From Camelus ferus (lineage: Eukaryota), in NCBI RefSeq assembly GCF_009834535.1, contig NC_045696.1, forward strand, positions 13,642,001 to 13,706,000: a stretch of DNA of 64,000 nt, in the 5' to 3' direction. The notes beneath the pieces are model-generated. The model worked only from the letters and a program-made list of their open reading frames with translations. It was not told where the DNA came from and made no database searches. A program made the translations under genes and the position numbers. How positions within the stretch are numbered: position 1 is the stretch's first letter; every line of letters begins with the position of its first letter. Positions 50,490 through 62,640 of this stretch are shown one piece after another.

Positions 50490-51950
50490 ACACAACACTT
50501 TCAACGAGTATTAATTAAATAACTGTCTATTTTCCAAACTGTCCAAGCTGGTGAGAGAAAGATGAGCAATAATTACTGTCATTATATTCCTCCCTTTTTT
50601 GAAGTAATAAGATATGCTCAATGAAAAGAAACAAATAATATAATTATATCTAACGTACATAATGAAGGGCCCAGTTTCATGTAAATTAAAATGTCCAAAT
50701 TAGTAGGTAAATAATGAGAACATTCACTTTGACTGGAGTTTTCTAAGACCCTTCAAAGAAGATGTGAGACTTGACATAAGTAAGGGATTATAAATAAAGA
50801 GGAAAAATATTATCAAAGGCTTAGCAACAGGGATGCATATAGTCACATGTCTTGTGGCGACAGGCTAGTCTGCGTTGGGGCCAAAAGCTGAAGAATAGTT
50901 AATAGTCTGGGTAAGTCAAATGGAACTAAAATAAACCATGAAGTTTGACGCAGAGTGTGGGAGTACAGGTTTCAATCTGATGGGTAATGGGATTCTTGGT
51001 AAAGAAGACATCCTGGTGAAAACAGGGCTTTCTGAAAATCAGATAAGGCGATAATGTTGCAAGACAACTTGCCTTTGGGAACACTAAAGTTAGACGTTCT
51101 TGTAACCTTCTATAAGTGAGTTCATTAGAGCTGGGACCAGGGTGGAAACAGAGTGAATGTGAAGAAAGAGTCAGATAGTAGAGATGCTATTAAGGCATAG
51201 GATCTGGTGATGGATTAGGTAATAGTAATAAAAGACAGGCAGCCGAGTCTAGTTCAGCTTCCATATTTTGTGCCTGCAGGATTTGTGCCTTCAGGAACAG
51301 AAGTGGGTATGGAAGGGGAAGGGATTGCTAAGAGGGAATGACAATGAAATCAGAGCCTGGCCTAATGACATACAGTTTGGGGACAAGTGAGGAGAATGCT
51401 ATGAAGGTGACTGTAATTACAAATCAGAATGAGGTTAAGATGGTGAAATTGATTTGAGAGAGAGCATCAAGGTGAAAACATAAAGGTCTAAGTGAATAAG
51501 CTCACCAAAAAAAAAAAAAAAAAAAAAAAGTAGAGTGAGAAAAGTAGAGGGCAATCAATGAATAATGTCCCCCATTACAGAATAGGGCATGAATGACACA
51601 TCACAGGTGGGACTGTCAGAAAAGTAGGGGATGTTCCAAAATACTGCCATGGAAGTCAAAGTAGGAGACAGCTGCAATAAAGAGCCTTTTTAATATGAAA
51701 TTAAATACAAAAGAAGAGAAAGAAAAGTTTCCTTGAGACAAGGAGTTAAAACTATTGATTTTTATTAGAGATATTTAGTTTAATCCCAGGAACAGAATCC
51801 TAACTGCTAAGTGAAAGGGAAAAAACAAGGTGAGGAAATGGAGGCAGCGCATAGAGACAGCGTCTTTGAAACTGGGCATAAAAGACATGGTGTCAATACC
51901 CAGAAGAGGCAGAGGATAAAGAGTGCACTTTTCTCCCCAAATGAGGGCAT
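50490..51950 (-). mobile_element. Long degraded L2 LINE
   Basis: Purine-rich L2 reverse pattern, e.g. ggatctggtgatggattaggt, tgccatggaagtcaaagtagga, ggtgaggaaatggaggcagc. Confidence 0.7.
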
Positions 51951-52299
51951 TTCTCTACATATTTGATGGTAAAGTAGCCAAATCGAAGGACCTCCGAGAA
52001 GTTTGAAGGGTTGAAGGTGCAGATGGAGGGATGGGCTGTCTCTCTTCCCCTTTGCTGGAATGAACTTTATCTGGGAACTTCAGTGCTTTTCCTCTCTTCC
52101 AAAACTTTGTGTCATCAGTTATGCCTCTGAGGTTTGCATGCCCAAGCAGCCCTCTGCACTGGTCCCTTGCCTGTCCCTGCAAACCTTCTCTGGTCTCCCC
52201 ATTCATAAGGTATCTTCTCTTACGTGTGCTGTACCCCTCAGCTGTGGGCTCACTCTCTTTTCCTCTTCAAAACCAAACTTTAATATGAAATTTCTTCCC

Positions 52300-53683
52300 C
52301 CTTGCGCTTCCTGCATCTTTCTTATTCACAGATCCATACTCTCTTTGCCCCAGGGCTCCACTGACACATCTTGTGTCAAGATTATTAATGTCTGTTTTTT
52401 ATCAAATTCAATTGCTGACACCTTTTTCCCCTCGTAAAACATTCTTTTCCTTTGGCTTTCATGACACTGCACTCCTGGCCTTCTTACGTCTCTGGTTTCT
52501 GTTCTAACTCTTTTCCTCTCTCCTCTTCCCACTCGGTCCATCCCACTGCACGTTGCTCCTGGGCTGAACTGTCATCCCAATTCTGTAAAGTAGCCCAGAT
52601 CTCTCCTGTAACTTGCAGACTGGACCTTGATTTCACAGAAGCCTCAAACTTAAACATATCTGTGGCTAAAAGCCCTTTTGTCCCCACATCCCCAGTCCTG
52701 CTCTTCTCCAGTGTTCCTGTACCTTAATCGTAACCACTCTTCCCTGGATAGGGAAGCCAGGAACTTCATTGTTGTTCCCACTCCTTCCTTTTCCTTCTCC
52801 TCTCATATCCCATCTATAAGCAACTCCTCTTAGTTTTATTTCCTAAGTATTTAAATCCAACTATGTGTTTTCCCCTCTGCTGCCACCACACTTATTCAGG
52901 CCACTATCGTTTTTGCATAGATTATTGTAGACGGTCCCATCACTGATGCCTCTGAGGATAATTTTGGTCCTTTTCCATCTCTCTCTTCCAATCCACAAAG
53001 CAGGTCTAAGACTGAGTTAAGTCTGGATAAAATACTTTTAAAGCTCCCTACTGGGTCTGTACAAATACAAGCTCCTTAATGTGCCCCATAATATCTTTTT
53101 TAGAAGTATTGAATACCTAACTGTGTGCCAAATGTTATCTCATTTAACCTTTAGGCTACTACATGAATGGTTAAACCAGACCCATGTTAATACAGAGTCT
53201 CTTCACAAACAGTAGATTTAACTGATTCCCATCCTCTTCATGGTGAAGCTCTGCTGAATTCTGCAGGAACAGCCTTTATCACTCCATCTTTAGCCAGAAT
53301 GAGTCTCTTGCCATTCTCTGCATATGCTCTCTCTTGTGAGCACGCTCTTTCTTATGCCTACAACTCATTTTCCATCCCTTCTTACCCCATTTTCCTGGTT
53401 AATTCTTACTGACATCTTAGGTCTTAACTTGTATGTCACTCACTTACTCCAAGAAGGTAGCTCTAATCACACCACTAATTCCCAGTTAGGCCACAATCCT
53501 ATGTGCTTCCGTACCAAACTTATGCCATTTGTAACACTTAACTGCAATCCCCTGTCTACTCTAATAGAAGGTAAGTTCTCTGAGGGCACTGCTTGTCTTG
53601 TTCACCATTCTATCTGTCGAAACTGAGGCCAGCAAAGGGTAAGTACTTGGTGACGACTCACTGAGTGCTGAAGGAATGAATGG
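52300..53683 (+). mobile_element. Long degraded L2 LINE (ORF2 to 3' end) with MIR fragment near 53110-53170
   Basis: cctttggctttcatgacactgcactcctgg...cctcaaacttaaacatatc...gtaagttctctgagggca...gaaggaatgaatg. Confidence 0.8.
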
Positions 53684-54559
53684 CTTAGACACAGATTTAT
53701 GTCGATATAAAGATCAAAGAAACAATCCAGGCAGGAATGCTCTTCATGGAAATATGAGACAAGAACATCTGCTCAGAATGAGAGTTTGGCCACAGGAAAA
53801 TGTAAACAAATGAGAGGAAAAATAAAGGTGTGAGGTAGCCTTAAAGATCATCCAGAAGTAATAGGATTGTTGAAGAGGATAAGGGAGCCAGATGATAACT
53901 GGATAGCAAAGACCCAACAATGATTTCTTCAGCTTCCTCTAGAAGTGTTTGTGCCACGGAGAAAAGAGCTTAGGAGTTGAATGGTAGATGCCTGAGCTTG
54001 AGGATGGCTCTGATGTTTAGGGTGATGTGTGTGTGCTGGGTATGCTGGTGCTTGTGTGATGTGTCCGGAATGAAGATGAAGGTCGTTGTAAAGTCAGCAC
54101 TTATATAACCAAAGCTAGAATTTGAGCTAACAGAGACCCACTGTGCTGGGACAAAGGAGACGGTCTGTGTAAACAGGAGGTTTGGAGTCGCTAGAGGTGT
54201 TAGTGAAGGCACAGTGGATGGAGTGAAGGAATCTGGGAGGAGGTAAGGAAAGCACCAACAAAAGAAGTGATTAAATTCAGTGTTTCCAAGTTGATGCTAT
54301 TGCCTGTAATGACAGGAATCTACTTTTCACAAATATATGTATTTTATCAAAATCAGAACTGATCATATGTGTGGTAATAAAAAGTTTAAAAATGCAATCA
54401 ACTTGGTGGTTAGTTTCTTCAAAGGAAGAAGTGTCAAGGTTGGGGAGCCCCTTTGTATATCCCCTTTTCTAATTTCGATCAGTGGAGAAAAGTAACCCTG
54501 GGGGACTTATTTCTCCATGGCAACTAATTACCCACCTCACGCACTTATTTGTGGGCGGA

Positions 54560-54665
54560 TCAATCATTCCCCAAGTATTTACTGATCCCCCATTGTGTGC
54601 CCTACATGATGCTAAGTGCTGGGAGGAAAGAAGAAAAATATAAAGCATGGTGTCTCCCCTCTCCA
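54560..54665 (-). mobile_element. L2 3' end
   Basis: tcattccccaagtatttactgatcccccattgtgtgcc...tgctaagtgctggga. Confidence 0.7.
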
Positions 54666-55430
54666 TCTACGGTATGCCTCCACATCACTTAAGCTGCCCT
54701 GATTTCAATATCATTTCACAGTTTTAGTGTCAGAATAAATTTATTGATAATCCCTTGCTATGTAGTCATTCTTCCATAATTTTTGATGATCCTTAAGACT
54801 ACTCCAGACCTCTATTTTTCCTCCTGTTTGTTTACATTTTCCTGTGGCCAAACCTTGACTCTGAGCAGATGTGTCTTATCCCCATAAACACCGTAACTGT
54901 TGGTCCTTTTAGGTAACCAACTGTTTCATCACTTTAAAAAAAAAATAAGATGCTAATCTGGTATTATTTTGTAGATCCTAGCAAGCGTCTTGTGAATGTT
55001 AATATCAGTATTCTTTATGCTGTTCTGTAACATACGTTGTTTCTTACTTAAAGAAAAATCTTATCTGTAGCATTTTCTCAGTTTGCATTTTATTCTGTTC
55101 TAGCTTTTGTTTAATTAATATTTTGACTCATAAAATCTCTTTAGTCTTCTTAACCTTTTTTCCCCTTCTGAACACTCTACAACTAAATTATCATTTCTTA
55201 TTATGAATTTGTGCAATTATTCCATAAATAATGATTTGCTTTCTCTTCCTCCTTAAAAATGGATATCATGTTCAGGATTTGTAGATATTTTCCCCTAAAT
55301 TTTAGTAGGATTTTCCTATTTTTAATGAAGCAAAGGTTTACATTAAATTAATTTTAATGTCTTTTAACAGAATTTATAATTTTTAAAATTATAGCTAAAG
55401 GGCCATGATACTGTCTTTACTTATGAATAG

Positions 55431-55473
55431 AGATTTTTATCTTAATCTAGACTAAGATTTTTATCTTAATCTA
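55431..55473. repeat. Perfect 19-bp direct repeat (24-bp period)
   Basis: agatttttatcttaatcta at 55431-55449 and 55455-55473. Confidence 0.95.
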
Positions 55474-57372
55474 TACACCTTCTATAACCATTACTGAGGT
55501 TTATGTGGAAATAGTTCATTTGCATCACAAGCGGATCAATGCCACAACCACAGAAGATAAATGACAGATATATTTGTTGCAAGGCATTATTAGTGAGTCA
55601 CCTGACCAGTGGTGTGGTTAATTCATGAAAGAGTAAAAATAAAACAGATTAAGAATGCCTATTATTTCTGATTTGATCGTATCTTGCACTTATAATCTAA
55701 CAGATAATGTACTGCCCATCTTTTCTCATAGTCAATGTATAATCTGTGTGAATACCTTTTTTCAGGTTACAGGAGATGGTTCTAGAAATCTTTTGAAACA
55801 CTAGAATGAGTTGCCTAAAAAGCCAAAAATCTCTGTCTGGAAGATTTTTGCAAACTGAACAGTTACTCCTCTGTATAGAAAGGGTTATGTGAACCTTCAT
55901 CAGTGTTAGCCGTCCCTAAAGATTTGTCTGGGAGTAAGCTTCTGTTTGTCTAGTATTCATTTGACATTTGGAAGAATCCTGACAATAATAATAATTAGGT
56001 TCTATCCTTATACCTTCTCTTTTCTTGGATGTTCTGTTTTCATGCTTAGATAAAAGGCTTAACTCCTTAAAGCTGTTGGTGAACAGCACAGTAGAAAAAT
56101 CGTTGCTGATCTCACTCAAAATTTGGCAACATGCAAACTGATCACCACAGGAGCTTTCAAAATGGCAACATTCACTGACTTACTCTCTCCAGGACCTGCC
56201 TAACACGGAGTTTTCTTTTATAATCTGAAGCTGTGTGATCTGTACTTTTAAGCATTTCTACTAGTCCCTTGTGAGGCAGGGAACTTAGGCTGAATATTTA
56301 ATAGGAGTGTCACATGAAACTCCAGTTAAGAATGTAAACATGGAGATAAACAGTGGGTACATTTATGAACTCTGAATGGCGCTTATGTTTTTATCTTGTT
56401 CGGTAGCACATCCGTGCTTACGTGCTCTATACTTGGTTTGCTTTTGACACTTGACTCTTTGCCCTTTGCTTGGTGGTGAGGCAGTTGGTATTCAGTATTG
56501 CACTGCTGCATAATTATAAATGCAGAACAAGCTCTGTAGATTTATATGCCCTGCCCCACAGAACAGCATAACGAATTAGAGAGTATAAATCAATTTGGTT
56601 ACCCCAAGTTGGAGACTTTAAAAAATGCATTTATTTAATAGATTTTTCTCTGAACATTTGAAGCCCTTGCCTTTGATTTATGGGTTTTTTTTTTTTTCAG
56701 GAAATGTATGGGTATATTAACAAAGTAAATGCTTATTTAGGATCCAATTGTTATATATAGCTTTTTCTTAGGACACTAGAAATTTACCATAAGTGTTTGC
56801 TTTTAATGAATAAACATCGCTTATTAATCTGTCAAATAATCTTCCAACAAAAGAAAAACACTCATTTAAGCATCATTTTTGACATATGAAAATTTTGTAC
56901 AACTGAACTTTCCAGTGACACAAGCACCAGAAGATTCTATATCTAAAATATGGGTTTAGAAATCTGAATGTAATTATCTATGATGCGAACATATGGGAGA
57001 ATTTCTGACCATCAATGGATGCAGGACCCTTTTTTTTTTTTAAGTTTTAAAATTTTTTCTGCTAAATATGACAACACTTGGAATTTTCATATCAAACAGG
57101 ATCTCTGAGGTGCCAGGTATGGTCTTTTAAATACAGTTGATGGTCTATCTAGATCTATATAAAAGGTAGATCACTTTATTTCTCATCTTCAGAAACAAAT
57201 CCTGAGCACCAACCCCATAGATGAATTTCCTAATTAGAATTTGTAGTTTGTGGGTGTGGAGCAAAACATCCCATGATGCGATAGCCGCTTCCAGGTTTAT
57301 GCAATAAACCCAGATAATTGTCTTCCACATTTAGGTAACATCATTTTGCTATGGATGTTAAATTCTTTGAGA

Positions 57373-57742
57373 GCTGGGTTTTTCAAATTACTAGTTTACA
57401 AAATCAGTTTATTGGGACACAATCAGATTTAAAATTAAGTGTAGACTAGAATATTATAGAATAGAAAATAATATACATTGCAAGGAAGAATAATGGTAAG
57501 TGTGTTTTTTGAAACTTTTCTTTTAGTTACACTGTAATGTGTACATGGCTTCTAATTGCAATGTATGTCCCATATGTGTATATATATATACACACACACA
57601 TATTATGTATTATATTTATAACACATTATTATGATATAATCTGTTATATTACATTATAACAATGTCATATATAATATATACATGTATATGTATATTTCTT
57701 TTTAACTGGGGTAAAAGTAAAATTTAATTTGAAAGCAATTCT
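57373..57742. mobile_element. Non-autonomous hAT-Charlie element with internal AT/CA low-complexity expansion
   Basis: gtttttcaaa...aaatcagtttattggg...tagaatagaaaata...ggtaagt...gaaactttt...tttgaaagcaat. Confidence 0.55.
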
Positions 57743-57799
57743 TCTAAAGGTATGTCTTTGTTAGTATCAATATCTAACTGAATCAGTTGCACATTATTA

Positions 57800-57975
57800 T
57801 TAGTTGTAATAAATTTAGTTTTTTTTTAATTGAATGTCACCTATGTACCAAGTGATGTGTGGCTCCTTTCACATTTTTAATCTATTATCAATCCTGATAA
57901 CTCTTTGAAATGAGATAAAAATTAAGTCCCTGTTACAAATTAAGAAAATAAAACATAGAAACACAAATGATTAAA
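57800..57975 (-). mobile_element. MIR fragment
   Basis: attgaatgtcacctatgtaccaag...aatcctgataactctttga...ccctgttacaaattaagaaaat. Confidence 0.6.
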
Positions 57976-58005
57976 ACGTGGGATGTTGCAAAAAATATAC
58001 TGATA

Positions 58006-58281
58006 TCGGCATTTTCCAAACATGAGTTTCCAGGTTTTTAAATGATGTTATTTCAAATAACTTAGTTTCATGGCTGATGAGTTTTGGAAATTTGGGGTTA
58101 AATCTATTCTTTACTGCAGCAGTTCTTTGGGACTTTAATATGGTAATGGCTACTCCAATTCACCAAGTATTGATTGACATGAATGTAATGTGAGTTTTCC
58201 AAACTTATTTAACCACAAAATTATTTTAAAATACTATTTTTTCAAAATATTGTTTATTGGGATACACTTTGGGAAATGCTT
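58006..58281. mobile_element. MER112-like hAT-Charlie element
   Basis: cggcattttccaaa...agttttggaaa...tttccaaacttatttaaccac...acactttgggaaatgct (inverted termini). Confidence 0.6.
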
Positions 58282-59554
58282 AATTCAATCATGTCAATTG
58301 AAGTTAACTTCAAAGAGACAAGACTTTAAAAAGTGAGTTTGAATGATGTTATGTTATGACATGCAATAGTGTTTCCTAGAAATCAGACTAAACACTAATT
58401 TTGTTTTTAACAAGAATTTAAAAATGGGAGTGTTTAGTATTATCCAAGCTCAAGATTCAATTTAAATGTACACATTATGGTCTACTTCCTTAGGGAATTC
58501 ATTTTAGTGAATTTAGAAGCAGTAAATGCTTTGTGTTTATTTACTTTTCTTACAATCAGTAATGTTAATTACCCATTACTATTTATATTTTAAAAACGAT
58601 GTGCCATGGGCAACTTCCAGACATTGTCTAACCTACGTCTGTTCAAGTTACTGCACGTTGGAGTTACAACGGTATCACAAGTACATGAACCATTATTATT
58701 TATTTTGTGCAGTCCTGGCTCTCAGATTTTGGGAAGAGATCCATTCAAATTCCTTTGAGCTTGTGTACGAATTCCCTACATGTGCTGAGTGTGCAGTGGT
58801 CCTTTCAGCCACTACTTTACTTCAAACGTGATATCCTCCCTTCCTCCCACCGCTGGTTTAAAGTAAACAGAAGGCACCATCATGAGGTTGTGCTTTAGTG
58901 GGTCTGCACTTAGTCCTCAAGTCCAACTTTTGCAGCATAGAGGACCACTGAAGTGTTTTTAATTCTTGTAGACTGATGAGGTTTGGCTCCCTAACCAGGC
59001 CACTCAGGTCCATAATCCCCGTTACCTCCATTTTTCTTACATGTTGTACATAGTTCCATTTCTTCTCTGGTCAATGTTCCAACAAGCTTCAGATGAGACT
59101 TCCATGTTGGTTAGCTTGATCTTCAGTTCTGTTTGTGCACAGGGTTTCCAGAGCTGCCTGTATCCCTGGAGGTATTTAGTGGGTCAGCCACCTGTTTCCC
59201 AGCACTTTTTTTTTTTTAACCCTGATAAACCTCTCTCCTTAGTCAACTGGAATGAATGCAGGAGGACGTGTGAGGGGATGTGGTCACATATAGTGACTAA
59301 GTGAACTCTTTCCCATAGAAGGGCCCTTTCCTTTGGACAGAGTTCAGGAGGATCCCTTACCCTTTCCTTGGAATGAACTCCCTTTTCTGAGGGCCACGCT
59401 GCTGCTTATACCCTGGCAGAGCTGCATGGCTCACCCCCTAGACATGCCTGAACATGCCTGCTTGCTGGAAAAAATAGAGTTCACTAATTACCAATGCAAC
59501 TATTGCTTCTGCTGTCTCTGTGTCTATAGCAATGTTGATACACACTTTATATAG

Positions 59555-59710
59555 CTTTCACATTTAAGCCTAACAACGTACCTATAAGATAGGGTTTTTT
59601 TTTAAATGAGCAATGAGCTGAATGAGTCACAGAGGAGTTAAATAGTTTCCCCAGAACTACTCCACCGAAATTTGAACCCAGAGCTATGTCAGTCCTGGGC
59701 AAGGCTCATC
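59555..59710 (-). mobile_element. MIR fragment
   Basis: catttaagcctaacaac...cacagaggagttaaatagtttcccca...atttgaacccag. Confidence 0.65.
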
Positions 59711-60782
59711 TTGGTGTAGATGTGGCTAATAATTTAGTTACTTAGAGTTGGCGGTTGACACCTCACTATGAAGATGTCTTAACCACATAAGCTAGCCTTA
59801 TCGGGTCTCTTGTTTCTCAAAAAACAGAGTTTTATTATCATCTTTATAAAAATCTATTTAGCAAAATCACAGGATTGCTTCTGTATATGTCTGTTTTATA
59901 AACCAGAAACAAGACATAAAGAGAAAACAAAACTTTTACCAAACACGGTTGGTTGAAAGGTTGCTGAGGGAACAGACTGGCCTGATGGCGCTGGGGAGAA
60001 AGGCAAGGTTGGACACCTCAAGTCTAATTGACTAATAGTTCACGTTGGGAGCATCAACAAAGGTGGAGGAAGTGAAATACAGATCTGAGGGAGAAGGAAT
60101 TAGAGAGGGCTTGGCATTTTGGAGAAGGATTTAAGTATTAGATGAGTCACTGAGTAAAACCCATGAAGGGAGAGGCTAACTAAAGAGAAGGGAAATGAAT
60201 CAGTTCCATATTGCAGAGACAAGGATTAGAAGATAATGGTGGAAAGATCAGAAGGAGGAATTATAGATTAAATTCAGGTGAGCTTTTGATAAGGCCTTGA
60301 ATTTAATTTTCTGAAATTCTAGAGTTCACTTATATTTATAAGAATGCCAAATTAATCAAACAAATTATTCTGCTATAGTTAGTCCCTTGCATTTACTTGG
60401 CATATATTTTGAGGGCATTTATTGAAATAGATAATGGACCAAACAAACAAAAAAAAAAAAATCAAAGATTTTTACCTTAGATTGCTTAAAGTCAAGAGAA
60501 AGAAAGAATTCATGTATAAGTAGATACTCTTACCAGAGTATAACTCTGGAGCAAGAAAGAATGTATTTGTCATTGATCATAAAAGTTTTATCCAGAAAAA
60601 AATAAACTATAAAATATATTCTAAGGGGGTACTGACTTAAGAGTAACAAAATTTTCTAGAAAGTGAGGGTAAGTAGCAACTCAGTCTGGCTGGACTAATT
60701 AATCCAGGGAGATTTGTAGGTGTAGGTAGAATTTGTTCTTGATCTTCAAATGAAAATTGCTTGCGGACAATGAATAATACTG

Positions 60783-61300
60783 TTTAAATATAGACACACA
60801 CTGGCTAGAAGTGACAGAATAGAAAGATATACCATGAAAATGCTAATCATAAAAAATCTGAAGTGGCTATATTAATTTCTAGCAAAGTGATCTTAAAGAC
60901 AAAGTATTACCAGAAACAAAGAGAGTCATTTTATAATGATAAAATGGTCATTTCATCAACAAGACATAACAGCCTGTAATATATAGGCACCTAGTAGCAG
61001 AGTTTCAGAATAAATGAAGTATAAACTGACTGAAATAAATTAAAAATAAATCCACAAGTCAAGTTAGAGATTTTAGCACTCCCCTTTCAGTAACTGATAG
61101 CACAAATATACTTCAAAAAAAAAAAAAAAAAAGAAGTATGGATATAGCAGATTTGGGTAATATCATCAATCAACTTGATCTGATTAAATATTTCAATTTT
61201 CATGTATATAACAAAATACCCAACAAATGAAGGATGCACCATCTTTTCAAAGACACAGGAAAACATTCCCCAGGGTAGCGCAAATGCTGGGTCATAAAGC
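60783..61300 (+). mobile_element. Old L1 ORF2 endonuclease-domain fragment
   Basis: aaagatataccatg...gtggctatattaatttc (decayed GVAILIS), aatatataggcacct (NIYAP), gagattttagcactccc (GDFNTP), tgctgggtcataaagca (LGHK). Confidence 0.88.
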
Positions 61301-61577
61301 AGGGTGATGAAGTGCCCTCAGCCACTGTCTTAACTCAGAGACCTTGTGGATGTCTCAGGCAGCAAGACATCTTCACATTTCCTCTTTTGCCAAGTGGCCC
61401 ATGTGGATTGATAGAATTAGGAGTGGGCATGCAGAGCTCAAGAATTCCACCTTTGCTTCCACACTCTGTTTTTGCTCTTCTCCATCTAATTGGATGTATG
61501 TTCTTTGTAAGGTGGTATTTTTTCCACCATGATTCCTTTCTTCTCATACGTCTACCTTATTCTTCAAGACCCAATTT

Positions 61578-61710
61578 TCTTCTTTTTTAATTTTTTGGGG
61601 GGAGGTAATTAGGTTGGTTGATTTATTTATTTTAATGGAGGGACTGGGGATTGAACCCATGACTTTGTGCCCTCTGAGCATGAACTCTACCTCTGAGCCA
61701 TACCCTCCCC
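61578..61710 (-). mobile_element. Camelid-type tRNA-derived SINE (Vic-1-like) with 17-bp TSD
   Basis: Reverse strand ggggagggtatggctcagaggtagag...gggttcaatccccagt (Pol III A/B boxes) plus A-rich tail; TSD tcttcaaga(c/a)ccaattt at 61561-61577 and 61711-61727. Confidence 0.88.
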
Positions 61711-61834
61711 TCTTCAAGAACCAATTTAAATTTTACTTAGTTTGCTATCTAATCTCCAATCCACTCTTGTTTCTATCTGTTCTGAACTTTGTAAACACAA
61801 ACCACATACTCTTATTTAACTCTTTAATGCATTC

Positions 61835-61960
61835 ATATTTTATCCCCTCTACTGAATTAAAAGCTCTGTGAGAACAGGTACCACACTTTACGCTTCTTTG
61901 GAAATATTGCCTAACTAATTGCTAAATAATTGCTTATTAAATGAGTGTAATGAGTGAAGG
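61835..61960 (+). mobile_element. L2 3' end
   Basis: cccctctactgaattaaaagctctgtgagaacagg...ttattaaatgagtg. Confidence 0.6.
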
Positions 61961-62309
61961 TTGAATGCTACTTTTATTGTTTCATAGCTTTACCTTTCTT
62001 ATGCAGACATATTTTAAAGGCATTTCACATGTGGTCTACATATTTTACAAAGACATATGTTCTAGAAAAAGATGAATTGCTATTTTGGATGAACATTGTC
62101 TTAATGTAAAATATTCGATAGACAAAAGTCATGTGAAGAGTTGAAACAAGGGAAAAGGGACTTTGAAATGATGTTTTAAATTTACTTTCAAAATAGGCAT
62201 CATAATATTTTAACTTATAAAGTCCCTGATATGGGTCCTATTACACAGATCTTAGGACTATGATTCTAGGTGACTTCTAATCATTGCTTATAGGAAAGAA
62301 CACCTAACT

Positions 62310-62460
62310 ATGGGTTAGGATTTTTGAGTTTTAATATTGTCAGTTAATAAGAAATTGTGAGAATTGTCATTGCATTGTTCTGAGATTTCATTTCTGCCTT
62401 TAAAATGAGTAATTGTACTAAATGTCATGCCAGGTGCCTTGTAGGTTTAACAATTTTCTG
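62310..62460 (+). mobile_element. MIR3-like fragment
   Basis: ctgagatttcatttctgcctttaaaatgagtaattgtactaaatg. Confidence 0.45.
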
Positions 62461-62489
62461 TCTCACATAGTTTACATTAGAGCCTCACA

Positions 62490-62640
62490 CTTGAAGTGCT
62501 GTCATGGGCCAACAACAGTCATTTCAGCCCGGGGGCTTCTTGGAAATACAGAATCTCATCTCAGATCCTAGCCTGGACCAAATATTCACTTTAAACTTAA
62601 AAAAAACAAAACAAAACAAAACAAAAAAAAAAACACTGTT
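62490..62640. mobile_element. MER5A-like fragment
   Basis: gggggcttcttggaaatacagaatctca...aaacactgttcta. Confidence 0.55.

Noticed and set aside
55916..56170. - strand ORF ending near a donor-like AAG|gtataa
   Set aside because: No convincing upstream acceptor and no recognisable protein similarity.
3058..61300. Excess of - strand L1 fragments as evidence for a + strand host gene
   Set aside because: Roughly nine versus five fragments is too small a bias to support the claim.
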